Shown one piece after another: positions 59,714 through 64,000 of a stretch of DNA of 64,000 nt (position 1 is its first letter; each line of letters begins with the position of its first letter). The notes beneath the pieces are model-generated. The model did no database searches, was not told the origin of the DNA, and saw only the letters and a program-made list of their open reading frames with translations. Made by a program: the position numbers and the translations under genes. Where the stretch lies: the IMG/VR virus record IMGVR_UViG_3300023049_000574, positions 32,001-96,000 of that record. One strand, written 5' to 3'. This stretch comes from a virus.

Positions 59714-60137
59714 CTTCTAATATTTCGTCTATAATATTATCTCTCTTTACCACAGTATCATATTTATGCCATGATATATTAGATGGCAACATTACAACTT
59801 CATTTTGCTCTATATCTGAGAAAATCATTGTTGTTTTATAAAAACTATATTTAGACGCAGTTTCTGTGTATCCCTCACTTATATGATTAATATCCTTACT
59901 ATTTATTCTACCATAATCATACTTATTCAGTTGTTTTATGAATATTGAATATCTTTGGTAGATAATGAAAGCGATACCTAAATTTATAAGCAGGTTAAAA
60001 ATACTAATATAGGCAAAACTTGTAAGTAAAAATATTATACCTATTGTAGTAGATATTAAAAAAACTATCATAAGGTCGTCTAATAACAACCCTATGATAG
60101 CTTTTTTATCTTTTATATCTAAGTCTTTAAACCGCAT
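59703..60137 (-). CDS. Membrane protein with C-terminal tag (KRDNIIDEIL)
   Basis: Two TM helices, motif at end. Confidence 0.7.
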   Translation of the reverse strand: MRFKDLDIKDKKAIIGLLLDDLMIVFLISTTIGIIFLLTSFAYISIFNLLINLGIAFIIYQRYSIFIKQLNKYDYGRINSKDINHISEGYTETASKYSFYKTTMIFSDIEQNEVVMLPSNISWHKYDTVVKRDNIIDEILEDAE

Positions 60138-60738
60138 GGATAGCCTGATTTACTTCTTCTATACTTAATATGACATTATATAAGAACATCTTAACACCAA
60201 TGGCGATGATAATAATACCGAAAATTCTTTCGATCAAATTAATACCAACTACTCCAAGTTTTCTTTTTAACCAATCTGCTGATTTCAACACAAGAAATAT
60301 GATAATAGAATTTATTAAAATTCCTGTAACAATTTCGATATCTTGGTATTCTGCTCTCATGGATATGATTACGGACAATGTGCCTGGTCCTGCAATGAGA
60401 GGAAAAGCAATCGGAAACACCGTAGCATTAGTAGCTTGTTTTTTAGTTTGTTTATTAGGACTTGACCCAACATCAATTACCATCTGCAGACCAAACCAAC
60501 AGATGAGTAAAGCCCCCGCAACACCAAAGTGGTGTGCATCTACACCCAATAGATTAAATATTGTTTTACCGAAGAAAAGAAACACGATCATTATTATAGT
60601 GGAGATAAGTGTTCCTCTGAAAGAATTGATATGACCTCCGTTGTCTTCTCTTAGTTTAATTATCAGTGGTATGTTGCCAAGCATGTCAATCACAGCAAAG
60701 AGAGTAATAGCAATAGTAGCGATGTTAACGTAGTTCAT
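60127..60738 (-). CDS. MarC family integral membrane protein
   Basis: LFAVIDMLGNIP, FGVAGALL, FPIAFPLIAGPG, RIFGII; likely start 60738. Confidence 0.88.
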   Translation of the reverse strand: MNYVNIATIAITLFAVIDMLGNIPLIIKLREDNGGHINSFRGTLISTIIMIVFLFFGKTIFNLLGVDAHHFGVAGALLICWFGLQMVIDVGSSPNKQTKKQATNATVFPIAFPLIAGPGTLSVIISMRAEYQDIEIVTGILINSIIIFLVLKSADWLKRKLGVVGINLIERIFGIIIIAIGVKMFLYNVILSIEEVNQAIHAV

Positions 60739-60808
60739 TTTATTCTTATATAATATTAGGCGCAAAATTGCGTGGCAAAGATAAGAATTAATTTTAAATA
60801 TATATGGT

Positions 60809-61495
60809 ATGATTAGTTTAAAAGAAGTAGATAACACATTAAAAATATTATTTAGTGAAGCCAAGGTATTATCGTTTGATTCAGTATATGAATTATCCGA
60901 AGATAAAAAATATTATAAATTAGTATTTTCACTACATAATTTAGAAGTAGAAATGAGTGATACTATCGATACTACTATTTTACATACTAAGTTTATATTT
61001 AGAACAGATTTAGAAAAAACTAAACTAGTTGAAAATAGTTTTTGGTATCTTAAAGATATCGATTGTTCTTATGTAAAAAAGAATTTTGATACTAACGATG
61101 ACTTAATCGATGTATTAGAAGAAATTATCAATGAGGATAACTTCGGGGAAGATATGTCAAACCTATCTAATTTTATATCAGAAGCACCTTCTAGTAGTAT
61201 AAATGATTTTCTAAGTCAAGTAGAGTATAGTTTATTTTCAGTAACTACTGTGATGTATAACCCATCTCTTAAATTAGCACCGTGTCAAGAAATGACATTT
61301 GATTTTGATATTACATTAAATAATGGAGAACATATAATTAAATTGAGTATAGAGAAGGTAGATTCAACAGATGTATTTAAGTTTTATTACCACTTATCTG
61401 ATACAGTAGAAGAAATAGATGTTGATGATATTAGCCAACTTGCACAAACTATTGGTGATCATTTAATTTTACTTTTCAATAAATATCTGAAATAA
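60809..61495 (+). CDS. Hypothetical protein
   Basis: ATATATA-N4-ATG. Confidence 0.7.
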   Translation: MISLKEVDNTLKILFSEAKVLSFDSVYELSEDKKYYKLVFSLHNLEVEMSDTIDTTILHTKFIFRTDLEKTKLVENSFWYLKDIDCSYVKKNFDTNDDLIDVLEEIINEDNFGEDMSNLSNFISEAPSSSINDFLSQVEYSLFSVTTVMYNPSLKLAPCQEMTFDFDITLNNGEHIIKLSIEKVDSTDVFKFYYHLSDTVEEIDVDDISQLAQTIGDHLILLFNKYLK

Positions 61496-61538
61496 TTAAA
61501 CTATCTTTACAAACTATTATATAACATTAAAAAGAATT

Positions 61539-61790
61539 ATGTTTAGTATTCAATTTGATCACACAGTTGACGTAGATATTTGTATGACAGATATCATAGG
61601 AAATTTAAATAGCTTTAGTAGAAGTAACCTGATGGAATTAAAATCCGAAATAGAAGACGAAATAGGTGGTGTATATGTTCCTACATTAAATAGGAACGAT
61701 AACACTATCGAAAACGAAGAAAAAATTAAGTTTTTAGTTGATAATATTTGGAATATCGACTTAAAAGATCTAGAAACTATTAAAAAATAA
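61539..61790 (+). CDS. Hypothetical protein
   Basis: After AAAC-N18-TATAA promoter. Confidence 0.6.
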   Translation: MFSIQFDHTVDVDICMTDIIGNLNSFSRSNLMELKSEIEDEIGGVYVPTLNRNDNTIENEEKIKFLVDNIWNIDLKDLETIKK

Positions 61791-61795
61791 AAAAT

Positions 61796-61990
61796 ATGAG
61801 TTATTGTATTGTAAAAATCATGGAAAATAAAGATGGAGGTAGACCTATCCATCACATCATTATTGATAGCATGGCTGAGGTAATGGAATTCACCGAAGAG
61901 GAAACGGCTAAGACCTATAAAGATTTATTGGAAGCTAATTCAGATTCAGGTCATAAATATGTAGTAAAGAAAATTGGGGAAGCAAAATAA
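61796..61990 (+). CDS. Hypothetical protein
   Basis: Operon context. Confidence 0.6.
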   Translation: MSYCIVKIMENKDGGRPIHHIIIDSMAEVMEFTEEETAKTYKDLLEANSDSGHKYVVKKIGEAK

Positions 61991-62255
61991 AGAATCAGAT
62001 ATAAGTATAGGAGATATAGTTAACCTTAATAGGGAGCTAGATAATATCTATATTGATTGGGGAGGCGAAACACCCAAAGACATTAAAGTGATTGATATCA
62101 AAAACTATAAAGGTATCACAGTGGCTATCATTGATAAAGAGTATACGAGATCTGATAATGAGAAGTCGAATGAAATTTCGATTGATTTTTTAGTTAAAGA
62201 TGTAGTAGAAACAAGAAATAATTTCATTGATAATCTTTTGGACGAAGAAGAATAA
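61974..62255 (+). CDS. Hypothetical protein with C-terminal tag (TRNNFIDNLL)
   Basis: Motif near end; start codon uncertain. Confidence 0.6.
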   Translation: MGKQNKESDISIGDIVNLNRELDNIYIDWGGETPKDIKVIDIKNYKGITVAIIDKEYTRSDNEKSNEISIDFLVKDVVETRNNFIDNLLDEEE

Positions 62256-62283
62256 TTATTATATTTGCAGAAACTACATAACT

Positions 62284-62469
62284 ATGAACGAAAGAGAATT
62301 GAGAAAACTAGAAAGTAGAATCAGAAAAAACATGAGAGATATCAAAAGTGGTGAAACAACACCCAAGGAAAGTGGTATCGGAACTAAAATGAATATTCTG
62401 AAAAAATACGATGAAGCTCTTTTCGAAAAAATCATAGTTGAGTACAAAGAAATTTTAACAACCAAATGA
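62284..62469 (+). CDS. Hypothetical protein
   Basis: ATG 62284 after host-type promoter at 62260. Confidence 0.6.
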   Translation: MNERELRKLESRIRKNMRDIKSGETTPKESGIGTKMNILKKYDEALFEKIIVEYKEILTTK

Positions 62470-63056
62470 GCTTTTACGTAAACCCATTCGAACGAATTGA
62501 TCATCAAGATGTATTTTTTACATCTGATATCCACATTGGTCATCAAAATGTTATAGGGTTCGATAGTAGACCCTTTAAAGACCTCGATGAGATGCATGAA
62601 GAAATGATCATCAGATGGAACTATAAAGTCCCATCTGATGCTATTGTATATCTCGTTGGGGATGTTTCTTATAGGTGTAATAACATGGGCTTAGTTAAAG
62701 ATATCATGAAGCAACTAAATGGGGATATTCGCCTTATTTTAGGAAACCATGATAGAATGAAGGAAATGGCTAAATTGGGTGTTTTCTCTGATATTCAGAG
62801 TTATAAAAGATTAGAGATATTACATGATGATGGCAATAATGGAGATCGTCAAGATGTTGTATTATGTCATTACCCGATACTTTCTTGGGATAAAGAATTC
62901 CACGGGGCAATTCATTTACATGGTCACTGTCACCAAAACCTTAAAGATAAATACCCTTGGTATTACGAGGAAAATAAAGTGATCGATGTCGGATGTATGG
63001 GTCACAATTACGAACCCATCTCTTATCAAGAGGTGAAAAAATTAATTATAGTATGA
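62466..63056 (+). CDS. Calcineurin-like metallophosphoesterase
   Basis: TSDIHIGH, VGDVS, GNHD, LCHYP, HLHGHCH, DVG. Confidence 0.9.
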   Translation: MSFYVNPFERIDHQDVFFTSDIHIGHQNVIGFDSRPFKDLDEMHEEMIIRWNYKVPSDAIVYLVGDVSYRCNNMGLVKDIMKQLNGDIRLILGNHDRMKEMAKLGVFSDIQSYKRLEILHDDGNNGDRQDVVLCHYPILSWDKEFHGAIHLHGHCHQNLKDKYPWYYEENKVIDVGCMGHNYEPISYQEVKKLIIV

Positions 63057-63211
63057 TATATTTATTAGGCATTGGAACATTTTTATTTATTATCCTATTC
63101 ATTTATTTACTAATAGGGAATGCTTATAAGAGAGGAAAAAGAGATGTTCTTGATAAACTATACAGAAACGGGGAGATATCTTCTCACATCAAAGGACATT
63201 ATAATAGGTAA
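63053..63211 (+). CDS. Small membrane protein
   Basis: MIYLLGIGTFLFIILFIYLLIG TM helix; ATGA overlap. Confidence 0.55.
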   Translation: MIYLLGIGTFLFIILFIYLLIGNAYKRGKRDVLDKLYRNGEISSHIKGHYNR

Positions 63212-63254
63212 GCCTTAAAAGTTAGGTTATTTAATGTTTACTCAGTTTATGATA

Positions 63255-63743
63255 TTAAACTATTCTTAATATACCTTCTTTGATTACGTTGATATTTCTA
63301 TCACTATCAGGTAAGAAAAGGAATGAATTCATTCTATTCAAAGGTGCTTCAATAGCATTGAATCCTAGTTCAATTAAAGTTTCATTCACATCAAGTTCTT
63401 CTCGTTCTAAATAAGCTATGAAGCTTTTTCCCCCCATATCTTTGTTTTCTTCTAAAGATTCAGCTAAATATTCTTGATCCATATCTCTTAATTTATCGAT
63501 AACAGATTCTACATTATTTATATCCCCAAAATAGTGTAAACTATTAAGTGGTTCAATAAGCTCTATTCTATATAGATTAGCACCATATTCAGAAGCAGCT
63601 TCCTTTGAGTTAGTAATATATATACCATCTCCTAAAAACTTAGATTCGCCACTGGTTTTAGGCATCTGTTTTAACTCAGATAAATCTTTATCTGTTCCAT
63701 GGTAATACCTTTCTTGATTATTATACTCTTTAATAAATTTCAT
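63255..63743 (-). CDS. ART-fold protein with CTS-like N-terminus (MKFIKEYNNQE)
   Basis: YYHGT, LGDGIYIT, ASEYG (H-Y type ART pattern). Confidence 0.6.
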   Translation of the reverse strand: MKFIKEYNNQERYYHGTDKDLSELKQMPKTSGESKFLGDGIYITNSKEAASEYGANLYRIELIEPLNSLHYFGDINNVESVIDKLRDMDQEYLAESLEENKDMGGKSFIAYLEREELDVNETLIELGFNAIEAPLNRMNSFLFLPDSDRNINVIKEGILRIV

Positions 63744-63786
63744 ACAGTATATATAAACTTTTTGGTCTTTTTAAAATATATGTTAT

Positions 63787-64000
63787 ATGGATGAAAATAA
63801 AATCAAAGAACACCCCGATTTTAAAATGTACGTAGATAATAACGATGGAATAGAAGATCCTAATTTATTAGATTTTTGCTTAAAAACAGCAGACTACTTA
63901 CTTAAAGTTCCTTACGTTGATACTAATGGTTATTTTAAAATGCGGGCTACCGAAAACGGAGAAGAAGTAACTAAAACGATATACAAAGAGACTAAAGAGT
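63787..64000 (+). CDS. Partial ORF running off window end
   Basis: MDENKIKEHPDFKMY... open to the end of the window. Confidence 0.6.
   Translation, partial: MDENKIKEHPDFKMYVDNNDGIEDPNLLDFCLKTADYLLKVPYVDTNGYFKMRATENGEEVTKTIYKETKE

Noticed and set aside
1149-62597. Numerous antisense ORFs in the track (e.g. 6945-7361, 14095-14511, 29158-29556, 41638-43098, 60170-60634)
   Set aside because: They lie opposite well-supported genes and have Ser/Ile/Phe/Leu-rich shadow composition with no motifs.
1-64000. Genome-wide stop-codon reassignment (TAG=Gln as in Lak phages, or TGA)
   Set aside because: Coding density is high in code 11, ORFs over 1000 aa are uninterrupted, and TAG/TGA end recognisable full-length genes (primase 22480, MTase 26179, Smr 17735). 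Only one amber-interrupted frame was seen.
1-64000. Bacterial chromosome origin suggested by clpC, infC, rpsA, thyA, neuAB, marC
   Set aside because: These genes are isolated from their usual operons (e.g. infC without rpmI/rplT) and interspersed with T4-like primase/gp47 and many small hypothetical genes with phage-type motifs.
1-64000. CRISPR array, tRNA, rRNA or transposase
   Set aside because: No regularly spaced direct repeats, cloverleaf-like segments or transposase motifs were seen, and intergenic gaps are mostly under 80 bp. A tRNAscan/Infernal run would be needed to exclude small RNAs formally.

Overview
Very AT-rich (roughly 25-30% GC by eye, not computed), gene-dense segment of a jumbo/mega dsDNA tailed phage in the standard genetic code. 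T4-like replication and recombination genes are present (gp47/Mre11, primase, UvsY-like, ThyA). The host is probably Bacteroidota: TAnnTTTG promoters recur, Shine-Dalgarno motifs are generally absent, and ClpC, MarC and the DUF6576-like tails look Bacteroidota-type. Contents: a nonulosonic-acid synthesis and tailoring cluster (NeuB, NeuA, 2OG-Fe(II) oxygenase, two methyltransferases, GT, oxidoreductases, HAD); four DNA methyltransferases, one in a three-gene nuclease-helicase-MTase restriction-like cassette; a radical SAM with an FETNSSS partner; a GT2 fused in frame to a signal peptide and outer-membrane beta-barrel; translation factors IF3 and bS1; a ClpC without its N-domain plus two stand-alone UVR proteins; an LpxH-like/GT pair; a rhomboid flanked by DUF6576-tail proteins; a PAS-only protein; nucleotidyltransferases; several ADP-ribosyltransferase-like proteins; and large probable virion proteins. 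The most striking unexplained structure is a window-wide dual labelling of otherwise unrelated proteins. (i) About 15 proteins start with an M-K-Y/F-I-K-x-F/Y-E/N type peptide resembling the T4 capsid-targeting sequence, and their genes almost always sit exactly 4 nt downstream of an ATATATA motif, implying leaderless mRNAs. (ii) A non-overlapping set of about 13 proteins ends in a C-terminal R-[DN]-x-x-I-D-x-[IL]-[IL] tag, six of them in one consecutive run, one of which is a UVR (ClpC M-domain-like) mini-protein. No tRNA, rRNA, CRISPR array or transposase was recognised. All family assignments come from motif recognition by eye; no searches were run.
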